Below are positions 18,255-28,938 of a DNA stretch of 64,000 bases, in pieces. Position 1 is the stretch's first letter. The number at the start of each line of letters is the position of its first letter. The position numbers were made by a program, and so were the translations under genes. This DNA comes from Deltaproteobacteria bacterium (lineage in GTDB: Bacteria; JAGRBM01; JAHCIT01), in assembly GCA_026129095.1 (NCBI GenBank), contig JAHCIT010000004.1, positions 124,001 through 188,000 on the forward strand. The letters are read 5' to 3'. The notes below the pieces were generated by a model. It ran no database searches, was not told the DNA's origin, and saw nothing but the letters and a program-made list of their open reading frames with translations.

Positions 18255-19733
18255 TCAGCGGCGCCAGTTCCAGGTGGTTCCCTGGGGGCTGTCCTTGATC
18301 TCGACGCCCTTCGCATCGAGTTCCTTGCGGATCTCGTCGGCGCGGGCGAAGTTCTTTGCCGCCCGGGCGGCCTTGCGTTCCCCGATCAGCGCGAGGATTT
18401 CCGGCTCGGTGATGCCGGAAGCCGCCTGCACCCGGCTGCCCAGATCGTCCAGAAACGCCTTCGGCTCCTGATAGAGGATACCCAGAATGTCCCGCACCAG
18501 CGGCACCACGGCGAGCAGCCCCTCGGCGATCCGGCAGGAGACGGGCGTCGCCCGGAAGTCATGGGCCAGCAGGTATTCGTTCACCGCCCGGCGGGCACCC
18601 TGGACGGCACCGAGCGAACCCGCGGCGTTGAAGTCGTCGTCCATGAACTCACTGATCTGCCCCGGCAGCGCGGCGATCTGGTCCAGCAGCTTCTGTTCCT
18701 GCGGGGTCGGGACCGCCCTGGGGTCGTCCGGGCAGCGGCGCTTCAGCAGTTCCTGGCAGTGGGCGAGGGTTTCGTAGAGCTTTTTCAGACCGCTCTCGGC
18801 CTGCTTCAGCTCGTCGTCCGAATAGTCGAGCGGCTTGGTGTGATGGGTGCCGAGGATGTAGGCCCGCAGCACCTCGCCGGGATATTTCCCCAGCAGGTCG
18901 CGCAGCGTGAAGAAATTGCCCAGCGACTTCGACATCTTCTCCTGGTTGATGTTCACGAACCCGTTGTGGATCCAGTAGCGGGCGAACGGCTTGCCGGTAC
19001 AGCCCTCGCTCTGGGCGATTTCGTTCTCGTGGTGCGGGAAGATCAGGTCCAGGCCGCCCATGTGGATGTCGAATGTCTCGCCGAGAATCCCCATCGACAT
19101 GGCCGAGCATTCGATGTGCCAGCCGGGCCGCCCCCTGCCCCACGGCGAATCCCACGATGGCTCGCCCGGCTTGGACGCCTTCCAGAGGTTGAAGTCGAGG
19201 GGGTTGCGCTTGACGCGGTTCACGTCCACGCGGGCGCCCGCCACCAGGTCTTCCAGCGCCTTCCCGGACAGCTTGCCGTAGGTCTTGAACGATTCGACCG
19301 CGAAGAAGACGTCGCCGTCGGCGGCATAGGCCATGCCCCGGCTGATGAGCCTCTGCGTCAGTTCGATGATCGCGTCCATCACCTCGGTCGCACGGGGCTC
19401 GTGGTCCGGCCGGAGCAGGTTCAGCTTCGCCGTGTCGGTATGGAACTCTCCGATGAACCGCTCGGCCAGCGCCTTGGGGTCTTCGCCCTTCTCGTTGGCG
19501 CGGGCGATGATCTTGTCGTCAATGTCGGTGAAGTTGCGGACGAACGTGACCTGGTATCCGAGGTGTTTCAGGTACCGGACCACGAGGTCATAGGTGACGA
19601 GCGCCCTGGCATGGCCGAGATGGCTGAGATCGTAGGCCGTGATCCCGCAGGCATAGACGCCGACCTTCGGCGGGGCCATCGGTTCGAACGGCTCCAGCTT
19701 CCGGGTGAGCGTGTTGTAGAGGCGTAGCGGCAT
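18255..19733 (-). CDS. cysS: Cysteine--tRNA ligase
   Basis: CGIT, HLGH, GRPGWHIECSAM, DLIFPHHENE and KMSKS. Confidence 0.98.
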   Translation of the reverse strand: MPLRLYNTLTRKLEPFEPMAPPKVGVYACGITAYDLSHLGHARALVTYDLVVRYLKHLGYQVTFVRNFTDIDDKIIARANEKGEDPKALAERFIGEFHTDTAKLNLLRPDHEPRATEVMDAIIELTQRLISRGMAYAADGDVFFAVESFKTYGKLSGKALEDLVAGARVDVNRVKRNPLDFNLWKASKPGEPSWDSPWGRGRPGWHIECSAMSMGILGETFDIHMGGLDLIFPHHENEIAQSEGCTGKPFARYWIHNGFVNINQEKMSKSLGNFFTLRDLLGKYPGEVLRAYILGTHHTKPLDYSDDELKQAESGLKKLYETLAHCQELLKRRCPDDPRAVPTPQEQKLLDQIAALPGQISEFMDDDFNAAGSLGAVQGARRAVNEYLLAHDFRATPVSCRIAEGLLAVVPLVRDILGILYQEPKAFLDDLGSRVQAASGITEPEILALIGERKAARAAKNFARADEIRKELDAKGVEIKDSPQGTTWNWRR

Positions 19734-19809
19734 ATATCCGGTTCCCGGCGGCCTGCTGGCACAATCCGGCCCCCCTTCCTAGCGGGAGACCGGGCGGAAG
19801 GTAAAGGCC

Positions 19810-20424
19810 CTACCGCTGTACCCGGAGACGCTCCGCGCCGACGATATACTTGAGGCCGTTGAGGGCCCGGTCGATCTCGTCATTGCGGACCGCGTAGTCG
19901 AACTCCCGCGCCGCCCTCATCTCCCGCTCGGCCGTCCTGAGACGCTTGCGTATCTGCTGGGGCGTGTCGGTCTTGCGGTTTCGCAGGCGGCGCTTCAGTT
20001 CCGCCATGGACGGCGGCTCGATAAACACCAGAATGGCGCCCGGAAGCCGCCTGCGGATCGAGCGTGCACCTTCGAGGTCCACCTCCAGGAGGATGTCGCG
20101 CCCGCGAGCGATCTGCTGCCGGATCCAGTTCTTTCCCGTGCCGTAGTAGTTCAGCCCGAACACATGGGCGTATTCGAGAAACTCGCCCCGGCGGATCATC
20201 CGCTGGAACTCCGCCTGCGAAACAAAGTGGTAGTCCCGGCCGTTTCGCTCCCCCGGCCGGCGCGGGCGCGTCGTGTAGGAGACGCTCCAGCCGAGCCGCC
20301 GGTCCTCGTTCAGCAGCCGCTTCACCAGCGTGGACTTTCCCGATCCTGACGGACCGGCGACCACCACCACAATGCCCCGGCGGGCCTGTGCCTTCCGGCT
20401 ATTCGAGGTTCTGGACCTGCTCAC
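19810..20424 (-). CDS. gmk: Guanylate kinase
   Basis: GPSGSGKST, SVSYTTRPRRPGE and YYGT. Confidence 0.97.
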   Translation of the reverse strand: MSRSRTSNSRKAQARRGIVVVVAGPSGSGKSTLVKRLLNEDRRLGWSVSYTTRPRRPGERNGRDYHFVSQAEFQRMIRRGEFLEYAHVFGLNYYGTGKNWIRQQIARGRDILLEVDLEGARSIRRRLPGAILVFIEPPSMAELKRRLRNRKTDTPQQIRKRLRTAEREMRAAREFDYAVRNDEIDRALNGLKYIVGAERLRVQR

Positions 20425-21280
20425 GGATTCGCTCGATCTCGCTTTTCATCTCGACCACCAGATGCGCCACGGAGGTGTTCTGCGCCTTGGAGCCGATCGT
20501 GTTGAACTCCCGGTACATTTCCTGGATGAGAAAGTCGAGCTTGCGGCCGCACGGCTCCTTCCCATCCAGGAGCCCGCGTGCCTTGGCGAGGTGGCTTTCC
20601 AGCCGGACGATCTCCTCGGTGATGTCGGCCCGGTCGGTCCAGTAGACGATCTCCTGCACCAGCCGCGCCTCGTCCAGCTTGAGGTCCATGCGGAGCTCGT
20701 CCAGCCGCTTCTGTATGCGTTCGCGGAGCCCCTGGACCGTCTCCGGTTTCGCTTCCCGTATGGCTCCCAGATGGCTGGCGATCGTTTCGAGACGCTGGCG
20801 GAGGTCGGCTGCCAGGTGTTCTCCCTCGACAGTGCGGACCCGGTCGAGGTCATCAAGCGCACGGGCGACAATCTCCGTCACCTGCGCGGCCACCGCCTCC
20901 GACACCTCGAAGCGCGGGAGCTTCACCACGTCCCGCTGGCCCACCACAAGCCCGAACAGCTTGTCGGGATCCACCTTGAGGTGGAGGCTGTTCGCCAGGT
21001 CCACGAACTCCCTGAGGTAGTGTTCAGCGAGGCCCGTGTCGATGCTGAGGGGTTTGCCCTCCCCGGCGATCACCTGTTCGTCGAGCGTTACGTCGATCCG
21101 GCCCCGGTGGAGCCGCGAGCGCACCTGGTCGGACAGCTTGCCTTCGAGAACCTGGAGCGAACCGGGGAGCCGGATCTTGGCGTCGAGGTTGCGGCTGTTG
21201 ACGGCGCGGATCTCGCAACTGATCTGGCGGCCCGCGAGAACCCCCTGAGCCCGCCCGAATCCGGTCATGCTTCTCGGCAT
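20399..21280 (-). CDS. yicC: YicC/YloC family endoribonuclease
   Basis: SMTGFG, DITEEIVRL, GRKLDFLIQEMYREFNTIGSK and IREQVQNLE. Confidence 0.95.
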   Translation of the reverse strand: MPRSMTGFGRAQGVLAGRQISCEIRAVNSRNLDAKIRLPGSLQVLEGKLSDQVRSRLHRGRIDVTLDEQVIAGEGKPLSIDTGLAEHYLREFVDLANSLHLKVDPDKLFGLVVGQRDVVKLPRFEVSEAVAAQVTEIVARALDDLDRVRTVEGEHLAADLRQRLETIASHLGAIREAKPETVQGLRERIQKRLDELRMDLKLDEARLVQEIVYWTDRADITEEIVRLESHLAKARGLLDGKEPCGRKLDFLIQEMYREFNTIGSKAQNTSVAHLVVEMKSEIERIREQVQNLE

Positions 21281-21329
21281 ACGGAGGGCTCTCTAACCGG
21301 TCCCGGCGGGCGTGTGAAGTGGCGGCCTG

Positions 21330-22421
21330 TCACGGCCCCGGCGCGGCACGTTCCTTCGCCTTCTCGCGCATCATCCGCCGCCGGGCGGCGTTCATCTGCC
21401 AGTAGGCGACCGCCTCATTGTGCTCGGCGTAGGTACGGGTAAACACATGCGAGCCGTCGTTGCGCGAGACGAAAAACAGGTATTCGGTATCGGCCGGACG
21501 CACCGCCGCCTCGATGGACGCCAGCCCCGGCTGGGCTATGGGCCCCGGCGGGAGCCCGGCACGGGTGTAGGTGTTGTACGGATGGTCCCGGGTAAGGTCG
21601 TCGCGGCGGATGTTGCCGTCGAAGAACGGCAGAAGGCCGTAGATTACAGTCGGGTCGGTCTGGAGCCGCATCCTTTTCACCAGCCGGTTGTGGAACACCG
21701 AACTGATGACCGTCCGCTCGCTGGCGAGCCCCGTTTCCTTCTCGATGATTGACGCCAGCGTGAGGATCTCGTGGAAGTCCTTCAGTCCGCGGGCGCGGCC
21801 CTCCTCGATCAGGGATGCAGGCACGTTGTTGCGGAGCGCCTGCACCATCTGGCGCAGGATGCCGGCCGGGCGGAACGGTTTGGAAAACCTGTGAACCGCC
21901 GGAAAGAGATACCCCTCGATCCGGTCCGACGGGATGCCCAGTTCGGCGGCAAACTCCGGCGAGTAGATGAGGGCCACAAACTCCGCCTCGGCGCCGAAAC
22001 CGTCCGCCGCCAGCCGCCGCGCCACTTCCCAGCCGGTGATGCCTTCCGGGAAGCGGAACTCGTGCCAGACGACCATGCCCGATTCCAGCAGCTTCAGGAC
22101 TTCCGGCGGTTTCAGCGAAGGCGCCATTTCGTACTCGCCGGCCTTGATCGCCGCCTGCCGGGCGCGGATGTACCAGTAGAAATGCCGTTCCTCGGTGATG
22201 AGTCCCAGTTCCTTCAGTTGCCGGGCGACACCCGGAGCCGGCGTACCGAACGGTATCTCGAACCTCACTTTTTCCGTGGCGAGCGGGTTGGGCGCCGTGT
22301 TCAGGAAGCGGAACGCCTCCAGGCCCGCGGCCCCGGCAGCGACGAGCATCACCAGGAAAGCGGCGAGCAGCAGCCGCCAGAAGGCGCTGCCGGACGGGGG
22401 AGACTTTGGTTCAGGGTTCAA
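21330..22421 (-). CDS. mltG: Endolytic transglycosylase MltG
   Basis: EGYLFP, LASIIEKET, LQTDPTVIY and YNTYTRAGLPPGPI. Confidence 0.96.
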   Translation of the reverse strand: MNPEPKSPPSGSAFWRLLLAAFLVMLVAAGAAGLEAFRFLNTAPNPLATEKVRFEIPFGTPAPGVARQLKELGLITEERHFYWYIRARQAAIKAGEYEMAPSLKPPEVLKLLESGMVVWHEFRFPEGITGWEVARRLAADGFGAEAEFVALIYSPEFAAELGIPSDRIEGYLFPAVHRFSKPFRPAGILRQMVQALRNNVPASLIEEGRARGLKDFHEILTLASIIEKETGLASERTVISSVFHNRLVKRMRLQTDPTVIYGLLPFFDGNIRRDDLTRDHPYNTYTRAGLPPGPIAQPGLASIEAAVRPADTEYLFFVSRNDGSHVFTRTYAEHNEAVAYWQMNAARRRMMREKAKERAAPGP

Positions 22422-22858
22422 TCCGGCCGCCGTCCAATCTGCTGTGGTTTTACCGCTTTCGCGGGGTCACGGAAAAATGATTCGAGCAAAATCGCGGCGG
22501 CGACATCATCCAGCGCCCCGCCCGGCTTCCGGCCGGATACCGCTTCGGCCGCCGAACTGGTCAGCCGTTCGTCCAGCATCAGCACGGGCCGCCGCAGACG
22601 GCCTTCCATGGTGAGCGCCACCTTCAGCACCCGCTCAAAGGCAGGCCCCCGGCTTCCGTCCATGTTGTAGGGCGCGCCCACGACGATCCGGCTGATCTCG
22701 CGGCCGGTGACGATACGGGCCAGTTCGTCCATCACCTGCGAATCCGACCGGCGGCCAATCACCTCCAGCGGGCGCACCGAAATCCCCTCGTCATCGCCGA
22801 TAGCGACCCCCACACGCCTTTCACCCCAGTCTACGGACATGACCGCCATTTCCGGCAT
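22418..22858 (-). CDS. ruvX: Holliday junction resolvase-like RuvX/YqgF
   Basis: DWGERRVGVAIGD, DERLTS and DDVAAAILLE; located upstream of mltG. Confidence 0.9.
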   Translation of the reverse strand: MPEMAVMSVDWGERRVGVAIGDDEGISVRPLEVIGRRSDSQVMDELARIVTGREISRIVVGAPYNMDGSRGPAFERVLKVALTMEGRLRRPVLMLDERLTSSAAEAVSGRKPGGALDDVAAAILLESFFRDPAKAVKPQQIGRRPD

Positions 22859-22950
22859 TATGCCATCCCGATCGTGGCCTGCCCACCTTCATGATCCGGA
22901 ATCGAACGTCGCCAAACGGCCGCCGGAAAGCTAGACTCGACCCCGGAAAG

Positions 22951-23610
22951 ATGAAGTTTTTCTACCTCATACTGGCGGGCGCAGCCGTTTCGCTCATGCT
23001 GAACGCCGGGCCGGGATCGGCCGCCCCCGCGCCCGAAAAGTCTGGCGCCCCGTCCGAAAGCGGCGGACGAATCCAGTATCCTGCTCCCGAAATCAGGCTG
23101 GAGGAACCCATATCCGAACGGCACGCAGACAGCCCCGGTGTCCGGTTCCTCAAGGAACGGTTCCAGAACACCAGCATCAAGGAGCAGTTTCCGCCCGACT
23201 ACCGGAAGGTCATGATGCTTATCTACATGCAGGGGCACGCCTCACCGGCGCTGGACCTCCTGCGGCAGGCCATTGACAGCAAAGACCTGCCGCTGGTCCG
23301 GGAGACAACCGCCCACCTGCACCTCGTCTACAGCCGCCTCCAGCGGTCGCCGTTCGCCAACCACGCCAAGTGGTGGACCATCAGCCAGCAGGGCAAGAGC
23401 GCCGCCGTGACGGTGCGGCTCCTCAGCGAACGGGGTGACAACCCCAGGCTGGTCGAGGAAACCTTTGCCAAGGTCGTGGAGTCTTGCTACGCATGCCACC
23501 GGGCTTACGGCGGTCCGACAAAAAACTACGAGGAGCTCGTACGGTTCAAGATCCCCCTTGAGGAGCTGGGACCGGTACCAGAGGTACCCAAAGTCCCGCC
23601 CAAGAAATAA
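22951..23610 (+). CDS. Exported c-type cytochrome (class II / cytochrome c'-like)
   Basis: Signal-peptide-like N-terminus and a single C-terminal CYACH heme-binding motif after a helical region. Confidence 0.65.
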   Translation: MKFFYLILAGAAVSLMLNAGPGSAAPAPEKSGAPSESGGRIQYPAPEIRLEEPISERHADSPGVRFLKERFQNTSIKEQFPPDYRKVMMLIYMQGHASPALDLLRQAIDSKDLPLVRETTAHLHLVYSRLQRSPFANHAKWWTISQQGKSAAVTVRLLSERGDNPRLVEETFAKVVESCYACHRAYGGPTKNYEELVRFKIPLEELGPVPEVPKVPPKK

Positions 23611-23638
23611 GACCGCCCGCCCGGGAGCAAGCCAAAAC

Positions 23639-24853
23639 ATGTCCGACAAGAAAGTCAGCAAGGTCGTCCTGGCCTATTCCGGCGGCCTCGACACGAGCGT
23701 CATCCTCAAGTGGCTCGTGGAAACCTACCGGTGCGAGGTCATCTGCTTCACGGCGGACCTGGGCCAGGGGACCGGCGAACTCGACGGACTCGAAAAGAAG
23801 TGCAAGGCCACCGGCGGATCGAAGCTTTACGTGGACGACCTGCGCGAGGAGTTCGTGCGGGATTTCGTTTTCCCCATGCTGAAGGTGAACGCGGTCTATG
23901 AGGGATCGTACTACCTCGGCACCTCGATCGCCCGGCCGCTGATCGCCAAGCGCCAGATCGAGATCGCCATCAAGGAAGGCGCCGACGCCGTTTCCCACGG
24001 CGCCACCGGAAAGGGCAACGACCAGGTACGGTTCGAGCTCACCTACTACGCGCTGAAGCCGGAGATCACCGTCGTCGCTCCCTGGCGCGAATGGAAGTTC
24101 GCCGGGCGGCAGGATCTCATCGCCTACTGCCAGGAGCACCGGATTCCGGTCGAGGCGACCGCCGAAAAGCCGTTCTCCACGGACCGGAACCTCCTGCACA
24201 TCTCGTACGAGGGCGGCATCCTCGAAGACCCGTGGTTCGAGAGCACCCCGGACATGTACCGGCTGGCCGTTCCGCCCGAGAAGGCCCCGGACAAGCCCGA
24301 ATATATCGAGGTAGATTACGAAAAGGGGATTCCCGTCGCCATCAACGGGGAGCGGCTGGGGCCGGCGGCGCTGCTTGCCAGGGCCAACGAAACCGGCGGC
24401 CGCCACGGCGTGGGCCGCGTGGACCTGGTGGAAAACCGGTTCGTCGGAATGAAGTCGCGGGGCGTGTACGAAACACCGGGCGGGGCGATTCTTCACGCCG
24501 CCCACCGGGCCGTCGAATCGATCACGATGGACCGCGAGGCGATGCACCTTCGTGACGAACTGATGCCCCGGTTTGCCGAACTCGTCTACAACGGGTTCTG
24601 GTATTCGCCCGAACGCGAGGCGCTCACGGCCCTTGTCGATTCGACGCAGCAGAACGTCACCGGGACGGCGCGCCTCAAGCTGTACAAGGGCGGCATCTAC
24701 ACGGCCGGGCGCAAGAGCCCCTGCTCCCTGTACGATCCGCAGCTTTCGACGTTCGAGAAGGACCGCGTGTACAACCAGCGGGACGCCGAAGGATTCATCC
24801 GGCTGAACGCGCTGCGGCTCCGGACCCTCGCCCGGATGAAATCGAAGCGGTAG
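23639..24853 (+). CDS. argG: Argininosuccinate synthase
   Basis: [23 protein letters not shown] and [10 protein letters not shown]. Confidence 0.98.
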   Translation: MSDKKVSKVVLAYSGGLDTSVILKWLVETYRCEVICFTADLGQGTGELDGLEKKCKATGGSKLYVDDLREEFVRDFVFPMLKVNAVYEGSYYLGTSIARPLIAKRQIEIAIKEGADAVSHGATGKGNDQVRFELTYYALKPEITVVAPWREWKFAGRQDLIAYCQEHRIPVEATAEKPFSTDRNLLHISYEGGILEDPWFESTPDMYRLAVPPEKAPDKPEYIEVDYEKGIPVAINGERLGPAALLARANETGGRHGVGRVDLVENRFVGMKSRGVYETPGGAILHAAHRAVESITMDREAMHLRDELMPRFAELVYNGFWYSPEREALTALVDSTQQNVTGTARLKLYKGGIYTAGRKSPCSLYDPQLSTFEKDRVYNQRDAEGFIRLNALRLRTLARMKSKR

Positions 24854-24863
24854 CACCCCATCC

Positions 24864-25781
24864 ATGAGACGGCGCCGCTCCGCCCTTCTGCTCCTCGCTT
24901 TCATCGCGGGCCGGGCGGATGTGGCGGTGCTCCGGGCGGCCGATGCCGCCGATGCGTCCTATCAGGGCAAGCCCGTTTCCCACTGGCAGCGGCAACTGTC
25001 GGCCGCCACCCCGCAGGACCGGTGGAATGCCACCATCGCGCTTGGCGAGACCGGACCGGCGGCGTCAGCGGCGATTCCGGCGCTGACGGCCGCATTCAAG
25101 GACAAGGATGAACGGGTCCAGGCAGGAGCAGCCGCGGCGCTGGCGAAAATCGGCAAGCCGGCAGTCCCCGCACTGATCGAACTAGCCCGCAAGGGCGACC
25201 GCCGCCAGAGGCGATGGGCGCTCTATGCGCTCGGCAGGTCGGCCAGTCCCGAAGCATTCCCGGTCCTCATCGAGGCGATGAACGACCGGGTGGATGACGT
25301 GCGGGAGAAAGCGGCCGAGGGGCTGCACCGGGCGGGGCTGGACGGCCCCGATGCCGTCCGGATTTTCTCGGCGGCCATGAAGGACACAAACAGCGCTGTC
25401 CGGTTCTGGGCCGCCTTCGGACTGGGCGATGCCGGGGTTCCATCCGGTGTGCCCGCACTCACCGCCGCGCTGCAGGACGAGAACAAGAATGTCCGGGCCA
25501 TCAGCTGCGAATCGCTCGGCAAGCTGGGACCGGCATCAAGGGCGGCGGTTCCTGCCCTGATCGAGCGCCTCCAGGATGACCCTTATGTGCAGAACTTCTC
25601 CATCCTGGCGCTCGGCGGAATCGGGCCCGGTGCGGCGGCCGCCCTCTCCCATCTGGAACGGCTGGCGGAGCAGTCCGAGAGCCGCCGTGTCCGGCACAAT
25701 GCGGCCTGGTCGATTGCCCGCATCCGCGGGGAGGATCCCGGCGAGCCGCCAACACCCCCGGCGAAGCGGCCCGCACCATGA
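24864..25781 (+). CDS. HEAT/PBS-lyase repeat protein, probably exported
   Basis: Repeated AIPAL..AL.D....VR..AA.AL motifs and a hydrophobic N-terminus. Confidence 0.85.
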   Translation: MRRRRSALLLLAFIAGRADVAVLRAADAADASYQGKPVSHWQRQLSAATPQDRWNATIALGETGPAASAAIPALTAAFKDKDERVQAGAAAALAKIGKPAVPALIELARKGDRRQRRWALYALGRSASPEAFPVLIEAMNDRVDDVREKAAEGLHRAGLDGPDAVRIFSAAMKDTNSAVRFWAAFGLGDAGVPSGVPALTAALQDENKNVRAISCESLGKLGPASRAAVPALIERLQDDPYVQNFSILALGGIGPGAAAALSHLERLAEQSESRRVRHNAAWSIARIRGEDPGEPPTPPAKRPAP

Positions 25782-26389
25782 TTGAGCCCACCTCAGATCC
25801 CGCGTATTTCTCCGCCCTGTGCGTGAAAATACCCGGAGTCCCGGACCGGGCGGGACGGTTCTGGACGGGTTTTTTCTCCGCCGTTATGGCCATCATGGCC
25901 GCCCGGATCATCTGGTTCCTGTACACGGGCGGAGCTCCGCGGATATCCGGGCTGGACATCCTGCTGGGACTTGCGCTCACGGCCGGACTGTTCGGGTTCC
26001 TGTTCACCCACAATGCATGGGGCCGGCCCTCTGCGGAAAACGGGCGTTACCTCATTAACGGAATGGGGGTGTCGTTCATCCGTGAAAACCGCACGGATGG
26101 AGCGGCTCCCGACTGGAAGGCCGGCTGGCCGGAAATCCGGGCGGTCACGCTCCAGCACGGCAGGCCGGGGCTTCTCATTGGGGTCGAAACCCGTGACGGC
26201 CAGAGACTCGAACTCCTCGCCGATCTGGCCCGGACGGAAAACTGCCCCCCTGCCGTGCGGACTGCGGATATCCCGGCGGAAATTCCCCGTCCCCATGCCC
26301 AGCGGCTCATCGTCCGGGCACTCTGGCATTTTGGGGGCAGCTCGCTCGCCTGCTATCCCGGCACGAACCTGCCAATCCAGCGGTCCTAA
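25778..26389 (+). CDS. Hypothetical membrane protein
   Basis: Two TM segments; ATGA overlap with the preceding gene. Confidence 0.6.
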   Translation: MIEPTSDPAYFSALCVKIPGVPDRAGRFWTGFFSAVMAIMAARIIWFLYTGGAPRISGLDILLGLALTAGLFGFLFTHNAWGRPSAENGRYLINGMGVSFIRENRTDGAAPDWKAGWPEIRAVTLQHGRPGLLIGVETRDGQRLELLADLARTENCPPAVRTADIPAEIPRPHAQRLIVRALWHFGGSSLACYPGTNLPIQRS

Positions 26390-26518
26390 GGCCGTGGAAA
26401 CCGGCTTTTATTGCATTTTAGTGCGTTGACGGCCGGGACGGGCTGTGATATCGGACAGGGACTTTCCTGATTTTACTGGGGATTTTCCGAACTATTCTTA
26501 GGGGAAGCGGGCCGGGTC

Positions 26519-27289
26519 TTGATCGAAATCCGCAATGTCACCAGGAGCTTTGGCGAACTCCGCCTGCTCGACAACGTCAGCCTGAGGGTCAATGCGGGCG
26601 AAACGGTCGTGCTGATTGGCCCATCCGGTCACGGAAAGAGCGTCCTCCTCAAGATCTGCGCGGGCCTCGTCCAGCCGGATTCGGGCGAAGTATTCATTGA
26701 CGGCAAGTCGATCACCCGTGCGAAGGGACTCGAACTGGACGGCATCCGCAACCGCATGGGGATGCTGTTCCAGAACTACGCCCTGTTCGATTCCATGAAT
26801 GTTTACGACAACCTGGCGTTCCCCCTGCGGTCCACCGACAATCTGCCGGAGGGCAAGATCCGCGAGCGCGTGATGCATGCCCTGTCGCTCGTCAAGCTCT
26901 CCCATGCCGCGGAGCTCAGGATCAGCGAGCTGTCGGGCGGCATGAAAAAGCGCGTCGGTATCGCCCGCGCCTGGATCCGCAACCCCGAGATCATCCTCTA
27001 CGACGAGCCGACGGCCGGCCTGGATCCGGTGACTGGCGAGCGGATCAACACCTACATCAAGGATTTCGCCAGGCAGGGGAGCATCACCGCCCTTGTCGTG
27101 ACGCAGGAGATGCTCTCGGCCTTCTCGGTCGCGCACCGGCTGGCCTTCCTCTACAACGGGAAGATCCTGCAGTGCGACACTCCCGAACGGATGCGCGAGT
27201 CCAATGTCCCCGAGGTCCGCCAGTTCATCAACGGCCTGCGTGAGGGCCCCCTGAGCTACACCATGGTCAAGCGCCGGGAGACGATGTGA
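26519..27289 (+). CDS. mlaF: MlaF/Mkl-type ABC ATPase 1
   Basis: GPSGHGKS, LSGGMKKR and YDEPTAGLDP; the H-loop reads TQE. Confidence 0.9.
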   Translation: MIEIRNVTRSFGELRLLDNVSLRVNAGETVVLIGPSGHGKSVLLKICAGLVQPDSGEVFIDGKSITRAKGLELDGIRNRMGMLFQNYALFDSMNVYDNLAFPLRSTDNLPEGKIRERVMHALSLVKLSHAAELRISELSGGMKKRVGIARAWIRNPEIILYDEPTAGLDPVTGERINTYIKDFARQGSITALVVTQEMLSAFSVAHRLAFLYNGKILQCDTPERMRESNVPEVRQFINGLREGPLSYTMVKRRETM

Positions 27290-28029
27290 GTATTGTCTTC
27301 AAGAACCTCTGGAAGAGCTTCGGGCCGAAGACCGTGCTCCGGGGCATCAACCTCGAAATCCACGAGGGGGAGACGCTGTTTATCATCGGCGGTTCGGGAA
27401 CCGGCAAATCGGTGACGATCAAGCATCTCATCGGGCTGCTCCGCAAGGACCGGGGGGAAATCTGGATCGACGGCAAGGAAGTGAGCGACTATACCGAAGA
27501 GCAGTTCATGGACGTCCGCAAGAAGTGCGCGATGGTGTTCCAGAACCCCGCCCTGCTGGATTCGCTCACCATCGGCGAGAATGTGGCCTTCTCCCTGCGC
27601 CGCCACACCACCCTCTCCGACCCGGAAATCCGGAAGCGGGTGGCTGAGACGCTCGCACTGGTCAACATGGAAGGTTACGAATCGAAGATGCCGGCCGAAG
27701 TGTCCGGCGGCATGCAGAAGCGTGTCTCGCTCGCCCGGTCGATCATCCTGCGTCCGAAATACGTGCTTTACGACGAGCCCACGACGGGCGCCGACCCGGT
27801 GACAGCCAACACCATCAACGACCTGATCAAGACCATGGCACGGGAGCTGAAGGTGACGTCCATCGTGGTGTCGCACGACATGGAATCGGTCAAGCAGGTG
27901 GCCAACCGTGTGGCCATGCTGTATCAGGGACAGTTCATATGCGACAGCAGCCCGGAAGATATCTGGAAGAGTCCGAATCCGTATGTGCAGCAGTTCATCA
28001 CCGGAAGCCCGGTCGGGCCGATGGAGTGA
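27286..28029 (+). CDS. mlaF: MlaF/Mkl-type ABC ATPase 2
   Basis: GGSGTGKS, VSGGMQKR, YDEPTTG and SHD. Confidence 0.9.
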   Translation: MSIVFKNLWKSFGPKTVLRGINLEIHEGETLFIIGGSGTGKSVTIKHLIGLLRKDRGEIWIDGKEVSDYTEEQFMDVRKKCAMVFQNPALLDSLTIGENVAFSLRRHTTLSDPEIRKRVAETLALVNMEGYESKMPAEVSGGMQKRVSLARSIILRPKYVLYDEPTTGADPVTANTINDLIKTMARELKVTSIVVSHDMESVKQVANRVAMLYQGQFICDSSPEDIWKSPNPYVQQFITGSPVGPME

Positions 28030-28060
28030 GCTGCCGCCAGGCGGGAGCGCAGGAAGGACC

Positions 28061-28930
28061 ATGAGCGAAGCAGCCGGACAGCAGGCCCAGGAGACACGGT
28101 TCCCGGCATTCGTGCGCGGCCCGGCGGAAGCCGTGGGCTCGCTCATCATGTCAGTGGGAGGCGGGCTGACCGAATTCGGCCGCCTGTGCCTGTTCCTGCG
28201 CGAGACGGTGGTACGGCTGGTCCGGCCGCCCTACTACCCCGACGTCATCATGTACCAGATGTACCAGGTCGGGGTGAAGTCGCTCATCATCGCCGTGCTC
28301 GCCGGCTCGTTCGTGGGCGGAATCTTCGCCATCCAGATCAACGACCAGCTCCTCGACTTCGGCGCGCAGGCGTTCCTGGGCGGCATCGCCGTCTCGGTCA
28401 CCGTACGCGAAGTGGGTCCGATCATGATCGCGCTCCTGATCGCGGGCCGGATCGGCGCCTTTACGGCCGCCGAACTGGGCACCATGAACGTCACCGAGCA
28501 GATCGACGCCATCCGGTGCCTGGGGACCGATCCGATCAAATACCTCGTCGTCCCCCGGTTCCTTGCCTGTATCGTCATGTCGTTCGTGCTCACTGTCGTC
28601 GGCATCGTGATCGGTATCTTCGGCTCGGTGCTGGTGGCCTGGGCCATCGCCGATGTGCATCCGCTGTTCTTCTCGGGCCGGATCCTGGACATGGTCACGG
28701 CCTTCGATTTCATCAACGGGCTATGGAAGAGCTTCTTTTTCGGTATCCTGATCGCTACGGTATGCTGCTTTTACGGCTTCAATACCCGCGGCGGCGCCGA
28801 GGATGTGGGCCGTAATGTCAATACTACAGTCGTGGTCACCGGCATCAGCCTGCTGGCGACCGACTACTTTCTGGCGGTGTTATCGCAATGGTTCATGCAG
28901 ACGCTGATAGCCTTCGGGCTGATGAACTGA
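28061..28930 (+). CDS. mlaE: MlaE family ABC permease 1
   Basis: REVGP, AELGTMNVTEQIDA and GGAEDVG. Confidence 0.92.
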   Translation: MSEAAGQQAQETRFPAFVRGPAEAVGSLIMSVGGGLTEFGRLCLFLRETVVRLVRPPYYPDVIMYQMYQVGVKSLIIAVLAGSFVGGIFAIQINDQLLDFGAQAFLGGIAVSVTVREVGPIMIALLIAGRIGAFTAAELGTMNVTEQIDAIRCLGTDPIKYLVVPRFLACIVMSFVLTVVGIVIGIFGSVLVAWAIADVHPLFFSGRILDMVTAFDFINGLWKSFFFGILIATVCCFYGFNTRGGAEDVGRNVNTTVVVTGISLLATDYFLAVLSQWFMQTLIAFGLMN

Positions 28931-28938
28931 GGGGGCCC

